Origin: Candidatus Omnitrophota bacterium
Lineage (GTDB): Bacteria > Omnitrophota > Omnitrophia > Omnitrophales > Aquincolibacteriaceae
DNA: 64,000 nucleotides
NCBI GenBank assembly: GCA_903856085.1
Contig: CAIOAT010000050.1
Span: forward strand, 422 to 64,421
Direction of reading: 5' to 3'
Shown one piece after another: positions 1 to 9,211 of the stretch (position 1 is the stretch's first letter; each line of letters opens with the position of its first letter). A program made the translations under genes and the position numbers. The notes beneath the pieces are model-generated. The model did no database searches and had not been told where the DNA came from. It saw only the letters and a list, made by a program, of their open reading frames with translations.

Positions 1-1340
1 CGGGAAATGGCGCAGGAGCGGACGTATGACAAACGCATCGCTATGGCCCGGAAAGGAATGTACTGCGGAGGAAGGGTGCCGCTCGGGTACGACACAAAGA
101 ACAAGAAACTTATCGTCAATCCCGAAGAGGCCAAGATCGTACAGCTTTGTTTTGAGCTTTATCCCAAACTCGGGTCCATGAGCAGAGTCAGCAGAAAATT
201 GAACGAGATGGGTTATCGCACGAAAAAATTCTACGACCAAGGCAAAAAAAACAGCGGAAGCAGGGGAAGCATCAAATTCGACAAAAAAAAGATTTCAACG
301 ATCCTGGCCAATCCTCTATATATCGGAAAGGTGCGCTTCATGGATAAAAGCAAAAAAAGCTATCTTTTTGAGGGTGAGCACAAACCCATCATTAAAGATC
401 CCAAAGTCTGGGATGCAGCCCAAAACTTGCTTGTCAGTAACAGGGAGACCCGAAAGAGCTTTAAACAGAATAAATATGAAATGCTCTTTCAGGGCCTCAT
501 CCGTTGCGGGGAATGCGGAAGTACGATGACCAATTCATCCAAAAGGAAAAACGGGAAAGTTTATCTTTATTACCGCTGCGTTGAAGCTATCTCAAAGGGC
601 GCGGATTATTGCTCCATTCGTAATGTTTCCGGGGAAGAGATCGAGGAACTTCTTATCGCTGAATTTAAGGCTCTTGGCAAAAATCAGGCGCTTCTCAGGA
701 AGTCTATCGAAAAAGCCAATGGTTTAGCCAAGAAGGGGCTTGCACCCTTACAAAGGGAGAAAGACGCTGTGGAGGCCCAACTGACGAAAATAAACGGGGA
801 TTTAAAGCGGCTGGTGAATATCATGAAGTCCGAAGACATGCCCCAAAAAAGAGTTCAAACCCTTCTGAGTGAAATGTCGGATCTGGAAGAGTCCAAGGAA
901 AAGCTGGAATATGAAACCCACCGCATCAATACCAACATGCACCATCTAAGCCGGCACGTTATTGACGCGGAGACCTTCACTAAGCTTTTCGCTGAATTCC
1001 CGGCAGTTTTCGACACCTTTGACTTTGAGGAAAGAAGGAAACTCATTGTTCTCTTGGTCAAAGAAGTGATCTATACTCCGACCAAGATCACTGTTAAATT
1101 TTGGGGGGATCTACCGGAAATGGACTTTGATATCAAGAACCCGCCTGATTGGACGCCGCCACCAAATGACGATGGTGACGATCCGTCACCTCCCGGAGGA
1201 TCTCATAGTAATGGTGTAGAGGCTGAGGGTAGAGTTAGAAATCAGGTTCGCTCAAGAGTGTCGAATGGCTGCCCGGCCTGGGCTCGAACCAGGAATCTTG
1301 CCTCCAAAGGGCAGTGTGATACCATTTCACCACCGGGCAA
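1..1340. mobile_element. Right end of an integrative element (prophage/genomic island) inserted at the tRNA-Gln 3' end
   Basis: Integrase abuts and reads through the tRNA; composition shifts near 1260; the usual ispE-spoVG-tRNA-Gln-prs synteny is broken after the tRNA. Confidence 0.75.
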
Positions 1341-1410
1341 TAACTTATTTACTTCAAAAGATCAACGCTCGAACGGATCGTCGTCGCCGAGGTCATGCGT
1401 TTGCGGCTGA
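1..1410 (+). CDS. Large serine recombinase/integrase, 5'-partial (catalytic domain lies upstream of the window)
   Basis: Frame open from base 1; recombinase-domain start GGRVPLGY, NPLYIGK, zinc ribbon CGECG...YYRC...C, coiled coil; no stop codon before the tRNA; AT-richer than flank. Confidence 0.9.
   Translation, partial: REMAQERTYDKRIAMARKGMYCGGRVPLGYDTKNKKLIVNPEEAKIVQLCFELYPKLGSMSRVSRKLNEMGYRTKKFYDQGKKNSGSRGSIKFDKKKISTILANPLYIGKVRFMDKSKKSYLFEGEHKPIIKDPKVWDAAQNLLVSNRETRKSFKQNKYEMLFQGLIRCGECGSTMTNSSKRKNGKVYLYYRCVEAISKGADYCSIRNVSGEEIEELLIAEFKALGKNQALLRKSIEKANGLAKKGLAPLQREKDAVEAQLTKINGDLKRLVNIMKSEDMPQKRVQTLLSEMSDLEESKEKLEYETHRINTNMHHLSRHVIDAETFTKLFAEFPAVFDTFDFEERRKLIVLLVKEVIYTPTKITVKFWGDLPEMDFDIKNPPDWTPPPNDDGDDPSPPGGSHSNGVEAEGRVRNQVRSRVSNGCPAWARTRNLASKGQCDTISPPGNNLFTSKDQRSNGSSSPRSCVCG
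1266..1339 (-). tRNA. tRNA-Gln(TTG)
   Basis: Minus strand TGCCCGG TG GTGA-AATGGTA-TCAC A CTGCC-CTTTGGA-GGCAA GATT CCTGG-TTCGAGC-CCAGG CCGGGCA G CCA; cloverleaf, anticodon TTG, encoded CCA. Confidence 0.96.
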
Positions 1411-1676
1411 TGCTCGATAAAAAGCTCGTAGGCCTTCAAGACCTCGCTTTGGATATAATCCTTGAACTCCGCCGTAATGGGATGCGCCACGTCCCGGTAA
1501 TCGTCGCCTTTGACCTTACGGGACGGCATCACCACGAAAAGGCCCTTCGACCCTTCGAGAACCTTCAGCCCGCGCACCACAAAACAACCATCGAATGTGA
1601 TGTTGGCAAAAGCACACAACTTGTTTTCTTTATTCGCTTGGGGGAAAACGCGAATTTCCGTGATCTTCACTTTCAA
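1362..1676 (-). CDS. spoVG: SpoVG family nucleic-acid-binding regulator
   Basis: KITEIRV...AFANITFDGCFVVRGLKVLEGSKGLFVVMPSRK...YRDVAHPI signature; next to ispE. Confidence 0.95.
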   Translation of the reverse strand: MKVKITEIRVFPQANKENKLCAFANITFDGCFVVRGLKVLEGSKGLFVVMPSRKVKGDDYRDVAHPITAEFKDYIQSEVLKAYELFIEHQPQTHDLGDDDPFER

Positions 1677-1779
1677 ACCTCATGTTCTATGTGCTCGCGC
1701 CGCTTTAATTTATTATACGGGAAAACGGCACTACAGGCGTCTTCCGTCAGACAAAAGAAAGTTCCATGTTGACGCCCTG

Positions 1780-2655
1780 CTAGAATGAGTGACAAATCAC
1801 CTTGCGAAAAGGAAAGGGAACTTCTTTCAATCTCTTCGACAGGTCTAAAGCTTCTTTCCGGCTGGAGAACGCTGCGAAGATCGTGGCCCCGCTTCCGCTC
1901 ATGCGAACGAAGGGAGCCTCCAGACCTTTAAGGACCGCCATGGCCTTGGGAATGGCCGGCATCAAACGAAATGCCGGAAGTTCCAGATCATTTCGCGCAA
2001 ATGTCGCCGCTTCCCGGGTCCTCTTTCTTGCAAGAAAAGAGCGCAGGATTCTAGCAATACGCTTTTCCTTTGTCAAGGAAAGGGCCCGCCCCTTCCAAGA
2101 GAGCGACTGATAGACTTTTTTCGTATTAAGTCCTTGGTCTGTCATAAGTAAGAGGAACCAGAGAGGGGTACCACGCGGCACTTTTTGAAGCTCATCCCCG
2201 ATCCCCCAAGCCATGGCTTGCTGCGCATCCAAAAGGAAGAACGGTACATCCGCTCCCAGCTTCCTCCCCATCGCGAAAAGCTCTTTGGGAGAGATCTTAA
2301 GTCGAAAAAGTTTTTTCATCCCTAACAAGAAAAACGCCGCATTGCTGGAACCTCCGCCAAGCCCAGCCCCTAGCGGAATACGCTTGTTCAGACGCACGGA
2401 GACGCCACCCATCTCAGGAAATCTTTTTTGAAGTGCCCGATAGACCCGGGTAATGAGATTCCCTTCTCCGGTCTCTAGCAAAGAAATATTCGTGGTGAGT
2501 TTAAATCCTCTGGAGATTTTGCGGATGGCAATTGTATCTGCGAGTGAGATGCGATGAAAAAGCGTCAAAAGCTCATGATATCCATCCGGACGCTTACTGA
2601 GAATACGCAGATGGAGATTGAGCTTAGCAGGACTTTTGACGGTAAGAGAATTCAA
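1780..2655 (-). CDS. ispE: 4-diphosphocytidyl-2-C-methyl-D-erythritol kinase
   Basis: SPAKLNLHL, KRIPLGAGLGGGSSNAA, LGADVPFF, MSGSGAT motifs. Confidence 0.97.
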   Translation of the reverse strand: MNSLTVKSPAKLNLHLRILSKRPDGYHELLTLFHRISLADTIAIRKISRGFKLTTNISLLETGEGNLITRVYRALQKRFPEMGGVSVRLNKRIPLGAGLGGGSSNAAFFLLGMKKLFRLKISPKELFAMGRKLGADVPFFLLDAQQAMAWGIGDELQKVPRGTPLWFLLLMTDQGLNTKKVYQSLSWKGRALSLTKEKRIARILRSFLARKRTREAATFARNDLELPAFRLMPAIPKAMAVLKGLEAPFVRMSGSGATIFAAFSSRKEALDLSKRLKEVPFPFRKVICHSF

Positions 2656-2713
2656 GATGCTGGGTCCCTAGTTGGGCACGGCAAAACAGAACGGTAAGCG
2701 TCAGAAAGAAAGA

Positions 2714-2956
2714 TTACAGAGATTTTTCGTTCTGCTTGCGCAGAAATTCCGCTATGGCCGTTTTTTTCTGATCCAGCGTCATCTTGGGGTCACTACTAAC
2801 CTGGCGAATGAACGCTGCGTCCTGAGCGATCTGTTCCTTGGCAGCCTGAAGTTTCTCATCCGCGCTTTGAGAGCTCCCCGGATCCGTCGCGGCGAAAGCA
2901 ATGGGAGAAACTAAGCAAATCCCGACAAGCAACCATGAAAAAAACTTATATTTCAC
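2714..2956 (-). CDS. Small secreted hypothetical protein (start moved to GTG 2956)
   Basis: GGAGGA SD before GTG; signal peptide KYKFFSWLLVGICLVSPIAFA; helical mature part. Confidence 0.6.
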   Translation of the reverse strand: MKYKFFSWLLVGICLVSPIAFAATDPGSSQSADEKLQAAKEQIAQDAAFIRQVSSDPKMTLDQKKTAIAEFLRKQNEKSL

Positions 2957-2984
2957 GACACGATCCTCCATAGAAAAGATAAAG

Positions 2985-3040
2985 TTAAAAAGAAAACGGG
3001 GAGCGCTGAACGGTTCTTTCCCGTCCACCGTTCCCCGTTT
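2985..3040 (-). terminator. Long-stem intrinsic terminator after the bS22-like gene
   Basis: Minus strand AAACGGGGA..TGGACGG-loop-CCGTTCA..TCCCCGTTTT followed by a T-rich run. Confidence 0.6.
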
Positions 3041-3074
3041 CGTGCAAAGCGCCGCCTTTCCAGGCGACACCTTG

Positions 3075-3173
3075 CTACGACCAGTCTTTTTTCTTGTGAC
3101 GGTTCCGGCGCAGTTTTTTCTTGCGCTTATGCTTGTTCATCTTCTTCTTGCGCTGTTTACGAGCCCAAGGCAT
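3075..3173 (-). CDS. Small basic ribosomal protein bS22-like (AURKAIP1/COX24, DUF1713 family), 32 aa; not in ORF track
   Basis: AAAGGAG SD; MPWARKQRKKKMNKHKRKKKLRRNRHKKKDWS matches the KKKMxKHKxxKxLRRxR pattern. Confidence 0.8.
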   Translation of the reverse strand: MPWARKQRKKKMNKHKRKKKLRRNRHKKKDWS

Positions 3174-3202
3174 GAATGGAACTCCTTTAGGTGATGATGG
3201 GG

Positions 3203-4084
3203 TTAGGGAATAACTTTGTTGAGCGGGTACTCGATGATGCCCGATGCGCCGGCTTTCTTGAGCGCCGGGATCAATTCCCGGACCACGGACTCATCAATGA
3301 TCGTTTCGACATCAAGCCAGTTCTTGTCCGTAAGATTTGCGATGGTGGGCTTTTTCATGGCAGGAAGAAGACTCAAGACTTTTCGCAGGTTCTTCTTTTC
3401 GACGTTCATCTTGAGGCCCACTTTTTCCTGCGCACGCATCGCACCGTCGAGAAGCATAATGAGATTGTCCATCTTTTGCTTTTTCCAGGGATCTTTGACG
3501 CTTTTCTTATTCGCGATAAATTTCGGGATAGAAACAATCACGGTATCGATGATCTTGAGTTTGTTCGCGCGAAGACTGGATCCGGTCTCGGTCGCCTCCA
3601 CGATGGCATCCGCAAGTCGCGGGGGTTTGGCTTCCGTGGCACCCCACGAGAATTCTACCTCCGCGGTCACTTTGTTCTTTTTGAGATAACGCTTCGTAAC
3701 GCTCACGAGCTCGGTCACCACCTTCTTACCATTCAAATCCTTGACGCTTTTAAATGGCGAGGACTCATGCACCGCCAGAACCCATCGAACAGGATTGGAA
3801 GTGCGCTTGGAGTATTGAAGCTCGCAGAGTTCCACAACATCGGAGTCATTCTCCACGATCCAGTCATGTCCGGTCAGGCCGCAATCCACGATGCCTTCTT
3901 CTACATAACGGGACATTTCCTGAGGACGGAACAATACAACCTCGATCTCGGGATCATCAATGGACGGGATATAGGAACGAGAATTGACATTGATCTTGAA
4001 ACCAGCCCGTTTGAAGAGATTATAGGTCGCTTCTTCGAGACTGCCCTTAGGTAATGCGATTTTAAGCTTGTTGTCAGATGTCAT
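3203..4084 (-). CDS. hisG: ATP phosphoribosyltransferase (long form)
   Basis: LKIALPKGSL, FSWGATEAK, DAIVEATETGSSLRAN, C-terminal regulatory domain. Confidence 0.96.
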   Translation of the reverse strand: MTSDNKLKIALPKGSLEEATYNLFKRAGFKINVNSRSYIPSIDDPEIEVVLFRPQEMSRYVEEGIVDCGLTGHDWIVENDSDVVELCELQYSKRTSNPVRWVLAVHESSPFKSVKDLNGKKVVTELVSVTKRYLKKNKVTAEVEFSWGATEAKPPRLADAIVEATETGSSLRANKLKIIDTVIVSIPKFIANKKSVKDPWKKQKMDNLIMLLDGAMRAQEKVGLKMNVEKKNLRKVLSLLPAMKKPTIANLTDKNWLDVETIIDESVVRELIPALKKAGASGIIEYPLNKVIP

Positions 4085-4093
4085 AGGAGGCGG

Positions 4094-4122
4094 ATTCTAG
4101 CGGTTTGCTTTCAAGGTGTCAA
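4094..4122 (-). promoter_or_regulatory. sigma70-type promoter of hisG
   Basis: TTGACA-17 nt-TAGAAT, ATG only 9 nt downstream. Confidence 0.7.
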
Positions 4123-4144
4123 CTATCAGGACATTCATCGGCAT

Positions 4145-4498
4145 TTAATAGGTACGGCATTCCCTAATCCATATGATTATATGCCGGATCGCGGATACCA
4201 GACCCATTCCCGTCAAAAAAAATAACACGGCCATCGCGGCCAACATTTTTGGTTCCCGAAAATAGTCCATCCCCCAGTCCACTTCGAACGTGCGAAATGA
4301 AATGAACTTCAGCCACAAACCGGTAAAACACGCCCCGGTAGAAAAAGAGAGAAAATACATCAGGAGATTGATCGCAAACTTTTTTTTAGAAAAAGATTCT
4401 TTTATTTCTTCCCGGGTCCCTTGAACCGCGCTTTCACTTTTTTTGTCTGCGTCCGACGCGTCTATTTTCGGCGTCTCAATCCTGGCAAGGAGCGCCAT
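4145..4498 (-). CDS. Hypothetical 2-TM membrane protein
   Basis: Two hydrophobic segments; start abuts the MgtC stop. Confidence 0.65.
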   Translation of the reverse strand: MALLARIETPKIDASDADKKSESAVQGTREEIKESFSKKKFAINLLMYFLSFSTGACFTGLWLKFISFRTFEVDWGMDYFREPKMLAAMAVLFFLTGMGLVSAIRHIIIWIRECRTY

Positions 4499-4957
4499 TT
4501 ATTCTCCCTGATTCTTCTTCGGGATCATATGTCGTTCTACCCGAAGAAAAAGAATGAGAATGACCAAAACAAGAAGAGTCGTTATGATCGCTATTTTATA
4601 GAGTCCCACCCCGCAGGCCATTCCGATACCGCATATGGTCCAGATTCCGGCCGCAGTCGTCAACCCACGAACACTCCCCTGTTGCGAACGGATAATGGCT
4701 CCGGCGCCCAAAAAACCTATGCCCGTGACCACCTGTGCTGCAATGCGCGAAGGATCGACGCTCGCAATCCCTCGATAGATCAGAAAGATCTCCGTGGAAA
4801 GAACCATCATAAGCGCTGACCCGAGACAGACTAGCGTGTATGTCTTGAAACCGGCATCTTTGCCGTGAATGCCGCGTTCAAGACCGACCAAAGCCCCCAG
4901 AACGGTCGCAACCAGTAATCGAATCGCAAGTTCAGAATCATGTGCCGTAAGAATCAT
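4499..4957 (-). CDS. MgtC/SapB family membrane protein
   Basis: GLER...AGFKTYTLVCLGS, DPSRIAAQVVTGIGFLGAGAI, GLTTAA. Confidence 0.93.
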   Translation of the reverse strand: MILTAHDSELAIRLLVATVLGALVGLERGIHGKDAGFKTYTLVCLGSALMMVLSTEIFLIYRGIASVDPSRIAAQVVTGIGFLGAGAIIRSQQGSVRGLTTAAGIWTICGIGMACGVGLYKIAIITTLLVLVILILFLRVERHMIPKKNQGE

Positions 4958-4970
4958 ACCCTGTCTCCTT

Positions 4971-5981
4971 TCATGAAATGGCCAAAGCCGGATCGCCGGT
5001 CATATTAAGTGACGACCGAATTCCATTTTTATGAAGTTCAAAACCACGCCGCGCGATCATGGCTGCGTTATCGGTCGAAAGGACAAACGGCGGGAACCAA
5101 ACCTTAATTTCCTTCACCCCTGCGTCCCGCGTAAGTTTCTCCCGGAGATAAGAATTCGCGCTAACGCCGCCGCCGACCACGATATCGGACGCGCCTTTGA
5201 ACTCACAGGCATCGAGCGCTTTTTCCACCAGCCAGCCAATCACCGCATGTTGAAAACTTGCCGCCATATCTTCTCGAGAAGGCGCCGCGGGATTTGGTTT
5301 CCCGGTTTTGGGATCCCGGAATTGATAGAGCACGGCCGTTTTCACGCCGCTGAAACTAAAGCTGAAACGCTCGTCTTGCTTTGGCTTCGTGAAATGGAAA
5401 GCCTTCGGATTTCCTTTTTTCGCGAGTTTGTCAAGAATAGGCCCACCAGGATAACTCAGCCCCATGATCTTCGCAACCTTGTCATACGCTTCGCCGACCG
5501 CGTCATCCACAGTCTCGCCCAGGATATGGATCTTTCCCTTTTCGCAGAACGTGAGCATCGTATGTCCGCCCGAAACCAAAAGTCCGATAAAACGCTTGGG
5601 TTCTTTTTGACCGAAGAAATTAGCCACCAGATGCGCCTCCATATGATTGACGCCAACCACCGGAATCCCCAATTGATACGCCAGCGCTTTTGAAAACGCG
5701 ACGCCGACAAGAAGAGAACCGATGAGACCGGGACCTTTTGTCACAGCAATAAGCTCAATATCCTTGGGTTTGATCCCAGCTTCACGAAGCGCTTCTTCGA
5801 ACACGCATTGGATCTGCTCCATGCAATGCCGCGACGCGATCTCGGGCACCACGCCGCCGAATTTCTTGTGCCGGAAAAGACTGGAGGAAACGACATTGGA
5901 AAGGATCGTATCCTTGCCCTTCAAGATCGAGCATGATGTTTCATCACAGGAGGTTTCAATACCGAGGGTATAAAAAGGCAC
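4971..5981 (-). CDS. tsaD: tRNA N6-threonylcarbamoyltransferase (probable GTG start just after the gatB stop)
   Basis: LGIETSCDET, GGVVPEIASRH, NHMEAH, VSGGHT, DDAVGEAYDK, TDNAAMI. Confidence 0.97.
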   Translation of the reverse strand: MPFYTLGIETSCDETSCSILKGKDTILSNVVSSSLFRHKKFGGVVPEIASRHCMEQIQCVFEEALREAGIKPKDIELIAVTKGPGLIGSLLVGVAFSKALAYQLGIPVVGVNHMEAHLVANFFGQKEPKRFIGLLVSGGHTMLTFCEKGKIHILGETVDDAVGEAYDKVAKIMGLSYPGGPILDKLAKKGNPKAFHFTKPKQDERFSFSFSGVKTAVLYQFRDPKTGKPNPAAPSREDMAASFQHAVIGWLVEKALDACEFKGASDIVVGGGVSANSYLREKLTRDAGVKEIKVWFPPFVLSTDNAAMIARRGFELHKNGIRSSLNMTGDPALAIS

Positions 5982-5982
5982 T

Positions 5983-7428
5983 TTATCCTTGGAGTTTTTT
6001 CTGGAGGATCTCATTAACAATCTTGGGATTCGCCTTCCCCTGCGTCTCTTTCATGATCGCACCGACAAGCGCGCCGAGAGCTTTTTGTTTCCCGGCCTTG
6101 AATTCCGCAACCGCGACAGGATTCGCAGCAATGGCTTTCTCAACGGCCTTTTCGATCAACCCCGTATCCGAGACCTGCGTAAGACCTTTTTCTTTTACGA
6201 TCACGTCCGCGGCCTTCCCTGTCGCGGCCATTTCCTGAAGCACATCTTTGGCGGTCTTTCCCGAAACCGTACCCGCCTCGACAAGCTTCAGAAGCCCGGC
6301 AAACTCCTTCGAAGCAACAGGACAATCCTCAATCGCGATATTTTTCGCGTTGAGCATGGCAAGAAGCTCAGTCTGTATCCAGTTGCTTGCAGTCTTCGCC
6401 CCGGCTCCTTCGCGGACACACGCCTCAAAATATTCGGCGAGTTTCTTTTCCTGCACGAGTACGTAGGCATCATATTCCGGGATGCCGAATTCCTTGATAA
6501 AACGCTTCGCGCGCGCCATCGGCAGCTCGGGCAACGTCGCTTCGATACTTTTGACAAGTTCGAGGGACAACGTAAACGGCACAAGGTCCGGCTCCGGGAA
6601 ATAGCGGTAATCATGCGCTTCTTCCTTGGAACGCATGGAAAAGGTCGTCCCCTTCCCATCATCCCAAAGCCGCGTCTCCTGGACGATCGTTTCTCCGCCT
6701 TCAATCGCCTCGGTTTGCCGCTCGATTTCGTACTGAATGGCTTTTTGCACCATCTTGAAAGAATTCAGGTTCTTGATCTCGACCTTGGTCCCGAACTTTT
6801 CTTGGCCCACAGGCCGGACGGATACGTTCGCGTCACAGCGAAGGCTTCCCTTTTCCATATCGCAGTCGCTCACCTCAACATACTGGAGAATGGCCTTAAG
6901 CGCGGTGAGATAATCGTACGCTTCCTGCGGACTGCGCAGGTCCGGCTCGGAAACGATCTCAAGAAGTGGGATGCCGCCGCGGTTATAATCCACGAGACTG
7001 CCGTCGGTGATGCCTTCATGGAGAAGTTTCCCGGCGTCTTCTTCCAGATGCGCGCGCGTAATTCCAATCTTCCGCTCGATCATTTTCCCGTCGGCGGTTT
7101 TGGTCTCGATTAAAAGTTCGCCCTTACCGTTCACCGGCATGTCGAATTGTGAGATCTGATAGGCCTTGGGAAGATCCGGATAGAAATAGTTCTTCCGGTC
7201 GAATTTGAGTCGCTCGGCCACCTTGCAATTAAGTGCGAGCCCCACCCGAATCCCGAGTTTCAATGCCGCTTCATTTAGGACCGGGAGCGACCCAGGCCAC
7301 CCCAGACACACGGGACACGTATGACTGTTTCCCTCCGCCCCAAATTCCGTGGAGCAGGAACAGAAGAGCTTCGACCATGTCTTCAGCTGTACGTGGACCT
7401 CAAGTCCAATAACTGGCTCGTAGTTCAT
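5983..7428 (-). CDS. gatB: Asp/Glu-tRNA amidotransferase subunit B
   Basis: IGLEVHVQL, FDRKNYFYPDLPKAYQISQ, MRSKEEAHDYRYFPEPDL, Yqey tail. Confidence 0.98.
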   Translation of the reverse strand: MNYEPVIGLEVHVQLKTWSKLFCSCSTEFGAEGNSHTCPVCLGWPGSLPVLNEAALKLGIRVGLALNCKVAERLKFDRKNYFYPDLPKAYQISQFDMPVNGKGELLIETKTADGKMIERKIGITRAHLEEDAGKLLHEGITDGSLVDYNRGGIPLLEIVSEPDLRSPQEAYDYLTALKAILQYVEVSDCDMEKGSLRCDANVSVRPVGQEKFGTKVEIKNLNSFKMVQKAIQYEIERQTEAIEGGETIVQETRLWDDGKGTTFSMRSKEEAHDYRYFPEPDLVPFTLSLELVKSIEATLPELPMARAKRFIKEFGIPEYDAYVLVQEKKLAEYFEACVREGAGAKTASNWIQTELLAMLNAKNIAIEDCPVASKEFAGLLKLVEAGTVSGKTAKDVLQEMAATGKAADVIVKEKGLTQVSDTGLIEKAVEKAIAANPVAVAEFKAGKQKALGALVGAIMKETQGKANPKIVNEILQKKLQG

Positions 7429-8846
7429 AGCTTTGGCTTCTTTTTGTAGATTCCGGTTTCTTGTTCGAATGCGTACGCCGCGCGAAGCATGGCGGATTCG
7501 TCAAAGGGACGTGCCATAAGCTGCATGCCGATGGGAAGACCGCCGGAAGTGAAACCGCACGGCACCGACATCGCGGGAATACCCGCCAGGTTCGCCGGGA
7601 TCGTAAAAATATCGGACAAATACATCGCGATCGGATCCGCAACCTTTTCGCCAATCTTGAACGCAGCAGTCGGAGATGTCGGCGAGAGGATCACGTCCAC
7701 TTCCTTGAACGCCTTCTCAAAATCCTGACGGATGAGCGTGCGAACCTTCTGCCCTTTAAGATAATACGCTTCATAATAACCGGCGGAGAGTACGAACGTC
7801 CCGAGCAGGATACGACGTTTAGCTTCCTGACCGAATCCCTGATCTCGAGTCTCAAAATACATTTCACGAAGATCTTTCGTGGGAACTCTCAGACCATATT
7901 CTACGCCGTCAAAACGGCCGAGGTTCGAACTGGCTTCTGCCACGGCCACGATATAGTAAACCGCTACCGAATGTTCCGTGTGCGGCAGTGAAATCGATTT
8001 GATCTCAGCGCCGAGCTTCTTATAAAGATCTGCGGCCGCCCGCACACTTTTTTCGATTTCCGGATCGATCCCCTCGATAAAATATTCCTTCGGCAGGCCG
8101 ATCCTGAGCCCTTTCAAGTCTCGCTTGAGCGATTGTGTGAAATCGGGAACTCTCTCGGGCGATGAAGTGGAATCCTTCGGGTCATGGCCGCACAAGATAT
8201 TCATCAGGATCGCCGCGTCTTCCACGGTCTTGGTAATGGGACCGATTTGATCAAAACTTGAGCCGAACGCGATGAGGCCATAGCGCGATACACGGCCGTA
8301 AGTCGGTTTTACGCCGACCACACCGCAAAGCGCCGCTGGTTGACGGATGGAGCCTCCGGTGTCGGAACCCAGCGCCGCGAGCGTCATGTCCGCCGCCACC
8401 GAAGCTGCAGAACCTCCGCTTGAACCGCCCGGTACACGTTCCAGATCCCAGGGATTACGGCAAGCACCGAACGCGGAAGTTTCGCAGGAAGAACCGAACG
8501 CGAACTCGTCCATATTGCATTGCCCGAAAAGTGTCGCGCCCGCACTTTTGAGTTTTTCGATCACGGTCGCATTGTAGGGCGGCACATGGCCGGCAAGGAT
8601 TTTCGAAGCACAAGTCACTTCCCTGCCGTCGATGCAAATGTTGTCCTTAATGGAAACCGGAACGCCCTGAAGCAATCCCGGGATCTCACGTTTATTGATG
8701 GGTGCCGCGCCAAAACGGAGAAAGGCATTGATCTTGGGATTGAGCGCAGTCGCGCGCTTTTGAAATGCTTCAAGAAGAGGCTGCGCGCCGTCTTTTTTGG
8801 CAAACTCGATCGCTTCTTTAAGCGTGAGGGAACAAAGATCGGTCAT
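7425..8846 (-). CDS. gatA: Asp/Glu-tRNA amidotransferase subunit A
   Basis: Amidase signature PGGSSGGSAA, LGSDTGGSIRQPA; start set at ATG 8846. Confidence 0.98.
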   Translation of the reverse strand: MTDLCSLTLKEAIEFAKKDGAQPLLEAFQKRATALNPKINAFLRFGAAPINKREIPGLLQGVPVSIKDNICIDGREVTCASKILAGHVPPYNATVIEKLKSAGATLFGQCNMDEFAFGSSCETSAFGACRNPWDLERVPGGSSGGSAASVAADMTLAALGSDTGGSIRQPAALCGVVGVKPTYGRVSRYGLIAFGSSFDQIGPITKTVEDAAILMNILCGHDPKDSTSSPERVPDFTQSLKRDLKGLRIGLPKEYFIEGIDPEIEKSVRAAADLYKKLGAEIKSISLPHTEHSVAVYYIVAVAEASSNLGRFDGVEYGLRVPTKDLREMYFETRDQGFGQEAKRRILLGTFVLSAGYYEAYYLKGQKVRTLIRQDFEKAFKEVDVILSPTSPTAAFKIGEKVADPIAMYLSDIFTIPANLAGIPAMSVPCGFTSGGLPIGMQLMARPFDESAMLRAAYAFEQETGIYKKKPKL

Positions 8847-8850
8847 GGTG

Positions 8851-9135
8851 TCAATCCCGATGGACGATCTTGGGGACTTTAAAAAAACGGCCGTCCGCAT
8901 GCGGGGCGTGTTCTAGAGCCTTTTCGGCAGCATCCGAAGGTTTCACTTCATCGGCACGGAACACGTTCTCCATATTGAGAACATGACTCGTCGGCTCAAC
9001 ACCCTTCGTATCCAAAGCCTCCAGCTTTTTAACATAATCCAGGATCGCACCGAGATCCTTCTCAAGCTTCTGCTTTTCTTCAGACTTCAGGTTGAGCCGC
9101 GCAAGTTCCGCAACTCTTTCGATCTTGAATTCCAT
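8851..9135 (-). CDS. gatC: Asp/Glu-tRNA amidotransferase subunit C
   Basis: VAELARL...DTKGVEPTSH...FFKVPKIV; operon position. Confidence 0.96.
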   Translation of the reverse strand: MEFKIERVAELARLNLKSEEKQKLEKDLGAILDYVKKLEALDTKGVEPTSHVLNMENVFRADEVKPSDAAEKALEHAPHADGRFFKVPKIVHRD

Positions 9136-9168
9136 AATGATCCTCGATGAGGGGTTGAAAGCGGTGAC

Positions 9169-9197
9169 ATTCTGCCCGATTGTGACAGGAGTGTCAA
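9169..9197 (-). promoter_or_regulatory. sigma70-type promoter of gatCAB
   Basis: TTGACA-17 nt-CAGAAT. Confidence 0.55.
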
Positions 9198-9211
9198 ACG
9201 GTGGTCAAAAA

